A stretch of 64,000 nucleotides of DNA. It comes from Nemertoderma westbladi. Lineage: Eukaryota; Animalia; Xenacoelomorpha. Shown piece after piece: positions 34,492 through 47,262 of the stretch. The notes under the pieces were generated by a model, which was given only the letters and a program-made list of their open reading frames with translations, made no database searches and was not told the DNA's origin. Both the position numbers and the translations under genes were made by a program. Within the stretch, counting starts at the first letter, position 1. Every line of letters begins with the position of its first letter. Location of the stretch: positions 1 through 64,000 of the forward strand of contig JAUCBJ010001661.1 of the NCBI GenBank assembly GCA_032718475.1, in the 5' to 3' direction.

Positions 34492-36267
34492 TTAGTCTTT
34501 CTTACGCGGACGGCGTTTACGCAGTTTTTTGAGGCTAGCAAGAGTCCTTTTCTCTTTGGGGCGAGCCACTTTACTAGGAGGGCTGTAACTCCTGGGTGAA
34601 GGGTGCAATACAATTGCATCAGAAGGTTTCGGATTGCGATCGGTGTATCCGCCGGTCGAGGTACCTGGTTGATCGATATCAACTTCCGTGGAGCGAGGTC
34701 TAACAGCCTTTAGGGCGCGCCTCAGGACAGCAGCTCCTACGGGTCCTTGACGGGTTGTCTGGGCAATGGCGGTAGGCGGACTGTGAGTGGTGAGAAACTT
34801 CCTTGGTTTAATAGTTCTTTCCAGCTCGCGTTCTCGGGCTCGATATTCGTAGGGCCGTCGAGATACTTCCTGTAACTCAGGGTGCGAGTTGATAAATAAA
34901 TCGCCATACTCAGGGTCTTGACGGATATAATTGATCAAATGGTATGAAGTAATATCGTTAGGATTGACATTCCTAAGGTATCTTCTAACAAATTTAGTGG
35001 AAATACACTCACCAACACGCTTCATTAGCTCGTAACTCGGTATGCGTGTTTTTTGTTCCACAGACGCTAATAAATAAGGATGGAACGCGTAAACTCCCTC
35101 GTAAGAGCGTCCAGGGTAGTATCGATGACGGGACTCACAATGTAAATCCGCGTTCGCTTCCCAAGCTCGGATGTAGCGCAGGGTAATCATTTCATCTACG
35201 CTCTCTAAATCGTGATTAAAGGGGCAATTATAACTGGCATGTCCTTTAAGTTGACAGTGGTGGCATTGAGTCATAAATTGGGGGCAGACTGCAAAAATAT
35301 GAGAGTTATTAAGTCTGCAATACGCACAATATATCTCCATCATTGGTTGTTCGTGGAAATAGGAACAGGGTACGTCTGAGTCCATAGGAGTGAAATGGTC
35401 TCTCGATGCGCATAATCGACAACGTTTTCGAGAAACATAGTTAGCGTGTCGATAATCGTATGCGGTGAGACATTGTGGACCTTGATACCACTCTAAGACG
35501 TAGTCGTTATTGCTGCTCCGGGGCACTGTAGGCTGAATCGCTTCAGCTTCTAAGCATATTGGTTCGTCTTCCAATTGCATAGCTGAGGTAGGTGCGGCTG
35601 TCTCCGCAAGCTGACCCACTGTCTGAACTTCGACGACAGAATAACCCGTGGGTATTCGGGGTCTTTGTATAACAGATGAGTGCAAGTTCTGTATACAAAC
35701 GTCCTGAAAAAGGGCAAATCCCGCGCTGTTTAGCTTCTCCGCCGCTGAGTCTCTCAGGCTGAGTTTGGTCAGAGTGCGGTCCTTGAACTCACTATCAACG
35801 TTACGGAACGGAGTCAGAAAGCGCCTGAAACATTCAAAGTGGATGAATTTATTGTGTTCATCTAACTTGGCGAGTTTGGTTCCAAGTATTAAGGGATGGG
35901 CGCGTATGGTACGACTGCACACATCGGCTAGCCAACCGGCAAGTGCTGCATTTTCAAAGATCGTGTATATAGCTAAGGAGGGACGAAGTGGAACACTCAT
36001 AAAGCTATACACGGCACCAGGTGCGGTCAACGGTCCATCAAAGTATAAACGAGAATAATGATCTCCGTATACTTGTTGGTAATTTATAGGATTTCCAACC
36101 TTGAAATTCCATCCGTATTCTTGAAAGGCAAGATGTCCGATGGAGGTTCGTTGTACTTTGGTAATTCCGCTGGGTGTATTGGCATACGTAGTGCGGAAGA
36201 AACCTCGGCCTTCTGCCCAAGGAGCAATCAGCTGAGTATCAACGAAGGGGTATGGAATGTTCTCCAT
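34492..36267 (-). CDS. Accessory protein in the env position, 591 aa, three CCHC-type zinc motifs and a basic C-terminus
   Basis: CRLC..H..C, CAYC..H....C, CHHCQLKGHASYNC (CX2CX4HX4C); ends KKLRKRRPRKKD; no signal peptide or TM segment seen. Confidence 0.8.
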   Translation of the reverse strand: MENIPYPFVDTQLIAPWAEGRGFFRTTYANTPSGITKVQRTSIGHLAFQEYGWNFKVGNPINYQQVYGDHYSRLYFDGPLTAPGAVYSFMSVPLRPSLAIYTIFENAALAGWLADVCSRTIRAHPLILGTKLAKLDEHNKFIHFECFRRFLTPFRNVDSEFKDRTLTKLSLRDSAAEKLNSAGFALFQDVCIQNLHSSVIQRPRIPTGYSVVEVQTVGQLAETAAPTSAMQLEDEPICLEAEAIQPTVPRSSNNDYVLEWYQGPQCLTAYDYRHANYVSRKRCRLCASRDHFTPMDSDVPCSYFHEQPMMEIYCAYCRLNNSHIFAVCPQFMTQCHHCQLKGHASYNCPFNHDLESVDEMITLRYIRAWEANADLHCESRHRYYPGRSYEGVYAFHPYLLASVEQKTRIPSYELMKRVGECISTKFVRRYLRNVNPNDITSYHLINYIRQDPEYGDLFINSHPELQEVSRRPYEYRARERELERTIKPRKFLTTHSPPTAIAQTTRQGPVGAAVLRRALKAVRPRSTEVDIDQPGTSTGGYTDRNPKPSDAIVLHPSPRSYSPPSKVARPKEKRTLASLKKLRKRRPRKKD

Positions 36268-37126
36268 GTTCCCGTTGTATGCCTAATATGTTCTCCGCCA
36301 TGGATGATCGAGAGCAGAGGAAAAATTATTTCGCATTCTGAAATATTCAGAAATACGATCTCAGTAGGAGGATTGTAACATTCGAGGACTATCTCCAACT
36401 GAATTTATCCCCAGTGCGATGAGGTAAACACCAGTCCAAGGATATGTTTGTCTCAGTTGTTCTACATAAGATTTATATATCCAATCATTGAGGGAGGTGA
36501 ACAACCAAATTTATGACACATAATGGTACCAGTTGTTCACAAACCATCCGCGTGTCCTTTCAGTCCTTGTATCACGGTTGTGGACTTAAGGAAATTATTG
36601 ATGGTTGATTTTCTAATCAACAACGAGGGGGTGGAAGTTGATATCATAAATATCAACAGAATGGCACATGGACAAGAGGTGCGGACACCAATATGAGCAT
36701 CCAAATAAACAGTAAAGGGTGGGGAGATTTATTAGGAGGCGGTATGATCCATACCACGATACAACTAGGATTGGTCGATCGTCTCCCAAAGTTCCGAGCG
36801 CATTGGGAAGAGAAGGTGTGACGAAGTGGGTTGTATTTTCAATAGCGATGTATAGAGGGATAAAGGGAGTAAAGAGGAGGGAGGATATAGGGTAGTATCC
36901 ATAAGATACCACAATGGACCAGTTTTCCGTCACGTCATCATTCATTCTTGTCTTTTAATTGTGACACTGATCACAAGAATTACAAGAAAACGATGAGGGA
37001 AGAGAAATTTACAGCCTCCCGATGGAGACCGCCCGCGAGCACCCGTGCCCCGGGGAAAACTATTGACATTATGGACCCTGGACATTAACACACGTCTCTT
37101 CTCCAGTGGTTCTCCTATATTTGTCT

Positions 37127-37525
37127 TTACAAGCCTTCATCCACGTTCTTTCTTTCGAGCTGATTTCGAATAGAGTTCTCATGTTCTATTCTCGGTTTAT
37201 CGTTCCGACTCCGCTGGGTATGATATTTAAATAAAACCATTTCCCTTTCGGTATCCACATCGTCCGTATCGTGTAAATCGATAGGGTGGCCGGTAGTTAA
37301 GAAGTCCATATACGTACCATTACGATGCGTATAGCGAGCGGTGAACTTTCTATAGTCCAATTCACGCGTAAGTTGCTCCGGGGACATTGGCGGTTCGATA
37401 TAACGACCATCATCCTCCGTAGTAGTTGGACCAGCGTCGCCGCGTATCAAGCTATCGACAAACGCTTGTAAAGGTAGAGTATATCGCTCCCTGATGCCAA
37501 GATCATCTTCTATCAACTCAGTCAT
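37127..37525 (-). CDS. Small accessory ORF of element 2, 132 aa, unknown function
   Basis: Conserved with 9351-9747 of element 1 with mostly synonymous differences. Confidence 0.6.
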   Translation of the reverse strand: MTELIEDDLGIRERYTLPLQAFVDSLIRGDAGPTTTEDDGRYIEPPMSPEQLTRELDYRKFTARYTHRNGTYMDFLTTGHPIDLHDTDDVDTEREMVLFKYHTQRSRNDKPRIEHENSIRNQLERKNVDEGL

Positions 37526-39166
37526 ATCTGCTATGAGTTTATCAATATTATAATGAGTCTATATATATTAGGCTAGCGGGCGTCGCTGCCTACCCCTCTT
37601 TTGCCCCCGGACAGTGTAAGATCCTCAGCGCCGATGTACCGTCGTCGCTGTGCTTTCGCCAACGATGTAGCTACACAACGACAACGATAACCGGCACAAG
37701 TCACTTAACTGTCCGTCCCAAAGGCTTAGATGTACTGCAGGTTCTTCTTGGAGAGTTAGGGTTACTTTCACAATTGCGACTCGCTACTGTAAACACACCT
37801 TAGTAGTAACATTCACCTACAAACGCACAAATTCAACACAACTGCAACAAACTGCACACATTCGGGCCATTTGTCCGTTAGTCAGTACCTTCCAGAATGT
37901 CACTGTATTTATTATGTATCCTTGGATACTAGCAGTGCGCTATTTATTCCCTATGCTATTCAATGGGGCATGCTTTCTATTGTTCTTTTAACTCACTTCT
38001 AATTCTAGCGTGGTTGTTGCCATGGTGACATTATGGAAAGCTAGCGGTAGAATTAGGGTAATTCTCATGCATACAGATCTGGGATGCTATTTAATAGTAA
38101 TTCTTTAATGGTCAATATCCCCTTTATACATGATTCTATGAATTTTATCGGCTATTGACTATACATTGGAGATTCTCGCACACAAATACACTTAATAGAG
38201 TGAATCTCCGCTCCCATGATCTATTAATTAATGGAATTTTGGGAATGTTATAAATTGTACAAAATGACAATTTATTAAATTCATTTAAAGCATGAATTTA
38301 AATTTATTCCCGTGAATTTTATTATTTGATGTTAAAATTGACACAATTTGATTCCAGAGCAGGTCTGGGGACATAGGATCCTCAATTCTATGAAAATTGT
38401 CTTTTAAGAGTATCGGTAAGTGCTACGATATCTTAATCGACTAGAATTTTAAAGGATCTGATATTTGACAGATTTTTGTAAATATTAATAATTAATATTT
38501 AGGATGGGCACCAGTTTATTCCAGAACTTGTCTGGGGACGTTAACCATTGATTCTAGAAATTTGTCTTTCAAGTATATCGGTGGGTGCCGCGATATCTTA
38601 ATCGACTAGAATTGCAGATGGTCAAAGGGTTTAACAGATTTATTTTGCGTTATACGCTACTGTTAAAGGGACATCACGCTACTATATGTATTATTTAATA
38701 TACGGTATGAGAGCAATATCGCACGAAGCAATGTCAGTGTGAAGAGGCAAGTCGTTTCCAAGGTCTACCCAGAGCTTGGTTTAGCTGAGACACGAGGATC
38801 TGAACTTTGCATTCCTAATACTCTGCCTACCAATAATACTTAAATATAGTAGTGGCTTTATTGTACTTTAAAGGTACGGATATTTCATCTTACTGTAGTC
38901 ACGTATTTATAATGTAATACGGGCAGTAAGGAAAGAGAAAAAGAATTATTTCTCGCCGTCGCACTAAATATATAATATACGTAATTAAATAATAAACGCG
39001 AATATATATTGCACTAATCTACTAAATAATCTCTAAAATACTATACTACTAAATAAAATTAAATAAAACGATTAAAATAAAATTACATAATAATACATAC
39101 ATAAATATAAAAATAAAACAAATACAAATATAAAGTAATATGGTCACACACCCACGCCAGCCGTTG

Positions 39167-42100
39167 TTAAGTTGGGGAGTCCCTAGATGTTTGTTGGATT
39201 AGGGAGGTGGTCGTGGGAAGAGTATCTTGTCTCCCATAGTTTCCGGAGAGTTCTCTGTCTCTTTCCAGTAAACATAAACGTCCCACCGGGCGATTGAGCT
39301 GCTGCGTCTCGAAGACAATTCCCGGTTTCTTGAAGTTACGTCGCATGACGACGAGTTCTACCGATCGCACCAAACCGTCATCCGAGATGTGGGTCTCGAT
39401 GATACGACCTGTCTGCCACCTCTTACGTGGAAGATCTACATCCACAATAAGAACCATGTCTCCAGCGCTAACGTTTTCTTGCTGCGCAAACCACTTAGTT
39501 CAAAGTTGTAGTGTGGGCAGATAATGTTTTTCGAAATGGTCAGCGAAACGACGGGATAACAACTGCATGAGTTGCCAAGTTTGTCGGCAGTATTCGTCTC
39601 CGTCTGTGATTTCCGATTGTGGGAGCATGGCTACAGGTTTCTTCAGTAGGAAGTGCGCGGGTGTTAGCGCTTCCAGGGAATCGGGACTCGATGAGACTGG
39701 CATAAGCGGTCTCTCGTTGAGATAGGCGGCGATTTCTTCCATTAACGTCCGCAAAAGTTCGTCGGTGAGATAAGCGCGGCAAGGCACTATAAAATGAAAT
39801 GCTGTCTTCACGCTTCTTATTAATCTCTCCCAACTTCCTCCCCACCAAGGGGCGTCGGCGGCGTTGAAGGTCCAACTAGACGCTGTTACTCGTAGTTGGT
39901 CGTCCACCTGTCTTTGGTTCCAATCTTTGACGTAAGCTTTGATTTCATTGTTAGCACCAATGAAGTTTGTTCCCTTATCAGATCTCATCGTGTTACTAGT
40001 GCCAAAGCGAGCGATCTGTCGTCGTAAGCTTAATAGAAAGCTGTTGGTAGATAAATCGTTCACCATATCGAGATGGATGGCTCTACAAGTCATACAAACA
40101 AAGATTACACACCATCTCTTGACTATAGTCCTAGCACGATATACTTCAATAGGGCCAAATAAATCCACACCGGTATTAGTAAAGGTGGTTCATAAAAGCT
40201 TACTCGTTCCCTAGGTAATTCTGCCTCTCTCTGCGTTAAAGGCCTACTGAATGCTTTCCTACAGGGTATACAGTTCCTAAGAACTTGGTTCAGAGCTCTA
40301 CGGGGTTTATAAAAATAATAGCGAGTTCGAATTTCGCTAAGAACTCGTTCTCTACCAGCATGATAAAGTTTGCTGTGAACATCTACAATCATCTTGACTT
40401 GTATTTCAAGATTTCTAATGAGTATGGGGAACTTAGTATCAAAGGATAATGGGGCATTCGTTAACCTTCCTCCAACACGTATCAACCCATCTATCATTGT
40501 GCTAGAGAAACGATCTCTTAAGCGCATCTGTGGATTTCTCAACAACAGGAAATACTTATCGGAATCTTCATAGCATTGTAAGAGTCTCAGCATCTGTTTG
40601 TTGGTTTCTTCATGCTCCTGATAACTGATCTTCTCCTTCAGAAACTTGTCGGGTACCTTATATTTGGGAATGTCTTTAATAACATGGACCTGCACTGATG
40701 TGATTGGAGCGGTATCATCCTTTGTTTTCATCCCAGAGTAGTGATGGTGAAAACATCTCTTTAAATATGTAACGGCCTTACAAAGCCGATTCCAAGAACT
40801 GTAGTGATGCATCGCTCTCTGCAGAAGAGGTGAGAGTCCTTGCGAGACGTCTGGTATACCAGATTTCCAATCCTTATCACGGATTTCCACAATGAGTTTA
40901 TTTGTGGTTGTGGGTTTCTGATCCAAAGTGTCGTCTCCGGAAGTATGTAGTACAGACAGATCTACTGTGGGTTTGAATAACTTCGATTTACTCGCCTGAG
41001 TTTTAGGTTTGACTTTCTCCGCTCCCTTGGCCTGTCTAATTTCTGCTGTAGTAAGATGAGGAGGCCATTCTTCTTCTTCTTTGTAGAGGAAGTCGGGTCC
41101 ACCTAACCAGTCTGGAGTATCTACCAGTTCTTGTGGAGTTGCTCCCCTGGAAGCGATGTCTGCTGGATTAATCGTTCCGGGGCAATGTCTCCATTGATCC
41201 ATCGTCGTGCGACTGAGTATAATAGCTACTCTGTTGGTAACGAAGACGCTGAACTGACAGACTTCATTGGTTATATACTCCAACACGAGTAAAGCGTCGG
41301 TCCAATAGACAGTTTTCTCCAGGGGATAGTCGATCTGTTCTGTTACATTCCGGCCGATGGCTGTAGCGTATAGAGCCGCTTTTAACTCCGCTCGAGGAAC
41401 TTTCAACTTGTTGTTTATTAATGCCTTAGAGGTAACCAAGGCGACTTTAATTCCGTCCGGAGTTTCCACCCTTAGGTAGGCTACTATACCTATTCCCATA
41501 TCGCTGGCGTCTCCAAACACATGGAGTTGATATGAATACGTAGGGAGAACATGACCAAAATATGAACGGGAAATTATGAAGTTTTCGATGGCTGGTAGAG
41601 AATCTTCCCATTTCATCCACTTCTTTAATAATTCTCCCTCAAGTGGATCGTCCCATGAGTGGTTTTCAAGCCACATTTGTTGTACTAAACTCCGAGCAAT
41701 CAATATAACTGGGCTAATAAATCCCAATGGATCGAAATAAGTGCTCAGGATACTTAAACATATCCGTTTAGTCCGAACTGGATTATCTTGCTGTTTTAGT
41801 TGGAAAAACAGGATATCTCTTTCTGTGTCCCATTTCAAACCAAGGGTCTTAGTTTCTGGGAGATCATCCTTTATTAGATCTAGGTCTTTTGTTCCTCGAT
41901 CTTCTACCGGGATCGACTCCAGAAACTCACGGGAGTTGCTGGTGAATTTAGTTAATCGAAATCCACCTTTCTTTAAGCATTCTACCGTTCCTTTAGCGAC
42001 CTCAATGGCTTCTTCTACTGATGGAAGGGACTTCAGATTATCGTCCATGTAGATGTCTCGTTTGATATTGTCGATCACTTCTTTAGAGAAGGCGTCTCGG

Positions 42101-45100
42101 TTGTCATCCGCAGTGGTGCGCACCACGGAACAGGCGTTTGAAGGGCTCGAGATTATCCCAAAAGCTTGGATGGTCATCCAGTATTCCACTGGTTTCTTAT
42201 TGAGGTCTCCTTCGGGCCACCACAAAAATCGTAGACTATCTCGATCCCTATCCAGCGCTTTGACTTGTAAGAACATGCCTTCTATATCTGAGGCGAAAGC
42301 AATGGAGTATTGTCTTAATCTTAATAGTATTCCCGACAAGGATTGGAGTAAGTTGGGTCCGGGTAACAATTCAGAATTAAGAGATTGGCCCATATAAAGG
42401 GCGGAACCGTCAAACACCACTCGTACTTCATGGGGTTTACCGGGTTTGGGAACGCAATGGTGAGTTAAATAATACGTTCTCTCAGTTATGGGTGTTTCTT
42501 CCGGTACTAGCTCCGCATATCCCTTGCTAATAAACTTCTTCAACTGTGTTTGATACATTTCTTTAGCTGAAGAATTTGCCGTAAGGCGTCGATGTAGTTG
42601 AGCAATTCTTTTCTCCGCCAAAGGTCTGTTGTTAATGAACTTTGGTTCTCGCTTTCGGAAAGGAAGTCCGATCTCATACCTACCTTGATCTTTAAGAAAA
42701 CGAGTAGTTGTCGCTTGGATCTGCTTGGCTCTTTCTTCCTCCACCGATAGGGCCTTATCGTAGGAGTTGGGCTCTACGACCTCTTGAGTAAAGAATCTCA
42801 CGGCGTGTTCATCCCGAGTCTTGGCATTATAACGTTCAATGACGTCATTAAGCTCGTCGTTATAGTCGTCTCGCTCGGATGGGAGAAGGAGTTGACATAA
42901 ATTCACTTGATTTTGCCAAGTCTCGCTTTCCTTAAGGAGATCGATGGCATTCTCCTCATCAAAAAGTTGATGTATATCGTCGTTGTCTGAGGAGTATGGA
43001 GTTCCCTCAGTTGGATCGTCGAACTCACTGTTCTCAACTTCCCATTCTCGCGCTTGATATACCTGATCTTTCGGTAATCTTTCCATGAGAGTTCTACGGG
43101 AAGGGCCAGTAAAGTACCGACCTACTCTAGTTCTTCCCGCATAAACTTGTAGAGGTTGCGGTTGAGCAGGTCGTTTCTCCAATGTCTCGAGCGCTTCATG
43201 CGCATTTTGACCGATGAGTATTTGCACTCCAGGATAATCTGTCTGGAATCGAGGTATCTTAAGATGTTGGATGCTCTCATCCTCGTCCCAATTATAAAGG
43301 TCTGCTTGAGTAGTAGCGAAGTTCTTTATAGCCACCATTTTCACTGACCTTATGCTACGTTCTCCTAGTTCGTCCTGGGGGGTGGACAACGCACCTACAT
43401 AATAATCCGCTGTTACTGTGGATTTCCAAACTTGCATAATTCCTGACATGTTTAGCTTAGTTCGGAACTTGGGTTGTCCATCGAATATGTCTTCGGCTAG
43501 CTCTTTGTCGATGAATGTTCCTGTACTACCGGAGTCAAGGAGGGCGTTCACTACATAACTCCTTTTTGGTCCGTGGACCCTTACCTGTACCACAGGAAAT
43601 TCTCTAATCCCTACATTGGAAGTTGGCGCTTTCCAAAATGGTGGTTGATCAGAAGTAGTTAGGGTAAGGTCGCTGTCCGTATCCTTTTCATACGTGAGTG
43701 CTCGATACACTGTGGTATTTATCATGTAACAGGATTCGTTTTCGTCGGAGAACTCGTCTGTATAGAATCCTTCCATCTCAGATTGATCAGTGTCGTTCAC
43801 ATCACTGAATTGGACATGTAGTTCGGCATCACTTACCTGACTCGGACTATTTCGCTCGAATTCAGTGTGCAACAAGATATGATGTTTCGCACCGCACTTG
43901 GCACATCTTGTGTCAGAGTAACAGGTTCGCCGTTGGTGTCCATGTCTGAGGCAATTATAACACAACCGCTTATCCCACATGACTTCACGTCTCTCAGTTA
44001 ATGATTTCTTTAGGAATTCATCACACATATTCAAGCGATGGGTCCCATCACATAGCGCACATTTCGGTTTGATGTTACTTACCTTACTCTGAGTAACATT
44101 GTGTACACTTGTCTTTTCTTCGGGCTTTCTCACCTGAATTCTCTTGGGAGACGTAGGAGGAGTTTTTCTTACCTGCTCTCTCCTGTCATTGGTTCGAGAC
44201 TTGAATTTACTTACCTGATCTTTAGGCATTTTATTTACGTAATAAGATCTGTCAGTGTCTTTCCCGCTATCTTCTCCTTGAGAAGTCTGGCTTTCGCCGT
44301 CATCTGTATAACACACTGGTGTTACCTTTCTCCTAGAGACGGGTTTTTCACTTACCTTGTTTTCCGGTGTCTTCTCTCTGGACAGTTTCAGGAGCTGTAA
44401 TTTCACTTCTCCATCTAGGAATGACATGAGATCAGCCATGGTAGGGTCTCGTCGTTGTTGTTCCATCATATATAACACTTTCTTATCCCAGCGTGTACCT
44501 ACTCCACCCTTCGGTAAAGTAGAAGCCACTGCTCTAATAACCATAGCACTCTGATACTCATGAGACTTACCTAGCCAATCTAATTGTCTGCAGATCTCCT
44601 GAATCTCATCGGAAAACTCTATAATCCCGCTGCTCATAAACTTTCGGGGCGCTACTAACTTTGCATACAAATACCCAGCTATGTTATTCCTATTACCATA
44701 CCTGATGTTTAGTGTATCCCAAACTTGTCTTAATCCGTCTGGATGTCCAATAAACTTTAACGCCATTAACTTGGGAGATCCTTCCAAGCACTCGATGAGG
44801 AACCTAAGTTTCTCTCCATTAGATAGTACAGAGTTCTGTATGTTATCTTTGTAATATTCATTAAAAGGTAACCATTTCATCTCATCTCCATTGAACTTGA
44901 CGATCTCTCCCACCTTTACCGCTTGCCGGGCTTCGGTTCTAGCCATTTGACGCGTAAAACTTTCTTGGGCCATCGTGTTATTTAATATCGAGTTATCGGT
45001 ATATAAATTTCTCGGATTATGATCCGGTCTATAGGGAATATCATTATCAACAGGTCTATAATTACTCTTAATAGGGTTCACTATAGGAGTTTCTACTTCG

Positions 45101-47262
45101 CTAGCAGTATAGATGCGTGTAGGCTCCACACCTTGCGCATGAGATACTTCAGACCTAACAGGTCGACACATTGTTACAGGGGGTGGTGGTATACCCTTTT
45201 GTAAATTCACTAATTTATCACGTTCTAGCGCGATATTTTGCTGCACTTCTTGCAACTCTAACCTACTTTCCTTTACGGTTCCCTTTAACTGTTGAACAGT
45301 CCCTTCTAACTCTCGGACTTGTTGGGAGGAGCGCATTCGATTCTCCTCCATCTTTCCGAGGAGAATGTCCATCCCCCGCCGTCTCTCGTCCACCCAATCA
45401 ACTGCCGAAGCGGGATCCGCCAACGTCGTAGCGGGCAGACGAGGGACTACGGGCGATATATCCTTTATATTTCGCTCGGAGTCCAGGACCGACACTGTTT
45501 CAAGGGCTGTTCCTCTAGGCACAGATAATTTGGTGCTGTGTAAAGGGAATTTAAAAGTAGGTTCTGGGAGTACAGGTGTCTCTATCACCGAAGGGGTGAT
45601 TTCAAGAACAGGCCTAATTATTTCAGGCTCATCTACTATAGTAGGGAGTCTTTCTATTTTAATTATTTGGTCTGTGGGTTCTGTACTACCTAAGTTTGTG
45701 TTATTTAGTTGCCTTCTAACAGCTGGGGGCAAATCAGGTAATTTCTGACGGTGGGACATTCTTTTACTTCTGCTTAGGCGAGATCGATTTCCTCCTCCTT
45801 CAGGATCGGTGGTATCGCCTTCCTCAGATGATGTATAACCCTGTCTTTTGGGAGTAGATCGATTCATCATCTGCATATTACTAGCTGTTAACTGTTTACT
45901 GAAGTCGTCTTGCTTCTCTTGAAGATTTTCCAACTCCAGTTGGGCGATCTCTTCAGCCGCTCTCCGTTCTGCTTCCGCCACCGCCGCCGCTTTTGCCTCT
46001 GCCGCTGCCGCTTTTGCCTCTGCCGCTGCTTCTGCCAAGGTCGCTTTTCTTTCTGCCTCTGCCACTGCTGCTATCTTTCTGTCTTCTATACGTTTTTTCT
46101 TTACTTGTTCTTCTTGAACCTTAGCGATGCGGATACTTTCATTGAATTTAGCTTGGTTCGCAGCTAACCTATCCACATCGATTGCGTCCAACACACGCTG
46201 GGCTCCTTCACTATTAGGGCTAAGTCCCTCTAACCTTCTCCTCAGCTCTTCATCACCTACAAAACGTTGATAGTCCGACAGATAGATATCAATAGCATCC
46301 CTCTTATGCGGTTTCTCTGCTGTCGCTTCACTCTCCACTTGGGAAAATGTAGCGTCTGTTGATTCTCCATGGGTTGAGCGCTCATCTAGTTGAGCTTTCC
46401 ACTGAGCCGTTCCTTGAACCTGGAGACTCACCTTTTGAAACCAAGTCTTTACAGCAACTTGCAACGACGTGTCTTGTCTTCTTTTAGAAGCCTCCTCAAA
46501 GGCTGATAAGATTAGCCTGATTCGTAGAATTCTTTCTCTAACTTGATAAAGCAGTTGTCCCTGCTCTTGAGGTCCTTGGGGTTGTTGAAACAGTTGTTTT
46601 TCTACTCGCTCCATAGAGCTGAAGAATCCCTGTGCGTATCCGGCTGCGTACCTCTTCCACACAGCTGGATCGGTGGTCTCCTTGGCTACTCCCATCCGGT
46701 GTATGTCTTCCCAGGCAGCTTCTGATAAATCAAACGGGAGTCCGGGTCCGGGGAAGTTCCATTGCGACTCGACCATAGACTTCAGTTCTTCCCTTGTGTA
46801 TCCCTCATAACTATCTTTAGTTGATCGCTTACTTCTCGCCCAATCGATCTGGTGTTCTTCCACCGCGATCAATAACCTAGTGAGTACGGCTGCAGGAAGG
46901 ATGAGAAGGGGATCCGAATAAACCGCATCCGTCATCCTTGCTCCGCGCTCGGGTGTCAGCTCTACAGTATCTTCACTACTGGAGCTGTCGGGCCGCTGAG
47001 AAATAAGTTCTTGGCTCGCGGGTTGTTGCTGTTCCGCTGCTTCTTGGTCCCGCTTGACCTGGGCTCGAGTGCCTATGATAGACCTATGATGTTGGACCAG
47101 CCTAGGTTCTGTTATTACTACTGGAGGGATGACCTTCCTCACAGTGGGAGGTGAACTGAACTTAGGACTAGACGGTTCTACACCTCTATCTGAGTCGCAG
47201 ATAGTTACATCTAATAAACTGTCTGACAGGTTCTGCTTAGTATCAGACATGTTGGTTTGCAC
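39167..47262 (-). pseudogene. BEL/Pao gag-pol of element 2: 2379-aa open frame, then an integrase disrupted by a 1-bp deletion (~40184) and a CGA>TGA stop (39500-39502)
   Basis: ORFs 40123-47262, 39500-40168 and 39167-39457 are collinear with the intact pol of element 1. Confidence 0.92.

Noticed and set aside
34492-36267. env gene
   Set aside because: No signal peptide or transmembrane anchor; zinc-finger and basic motifs instead
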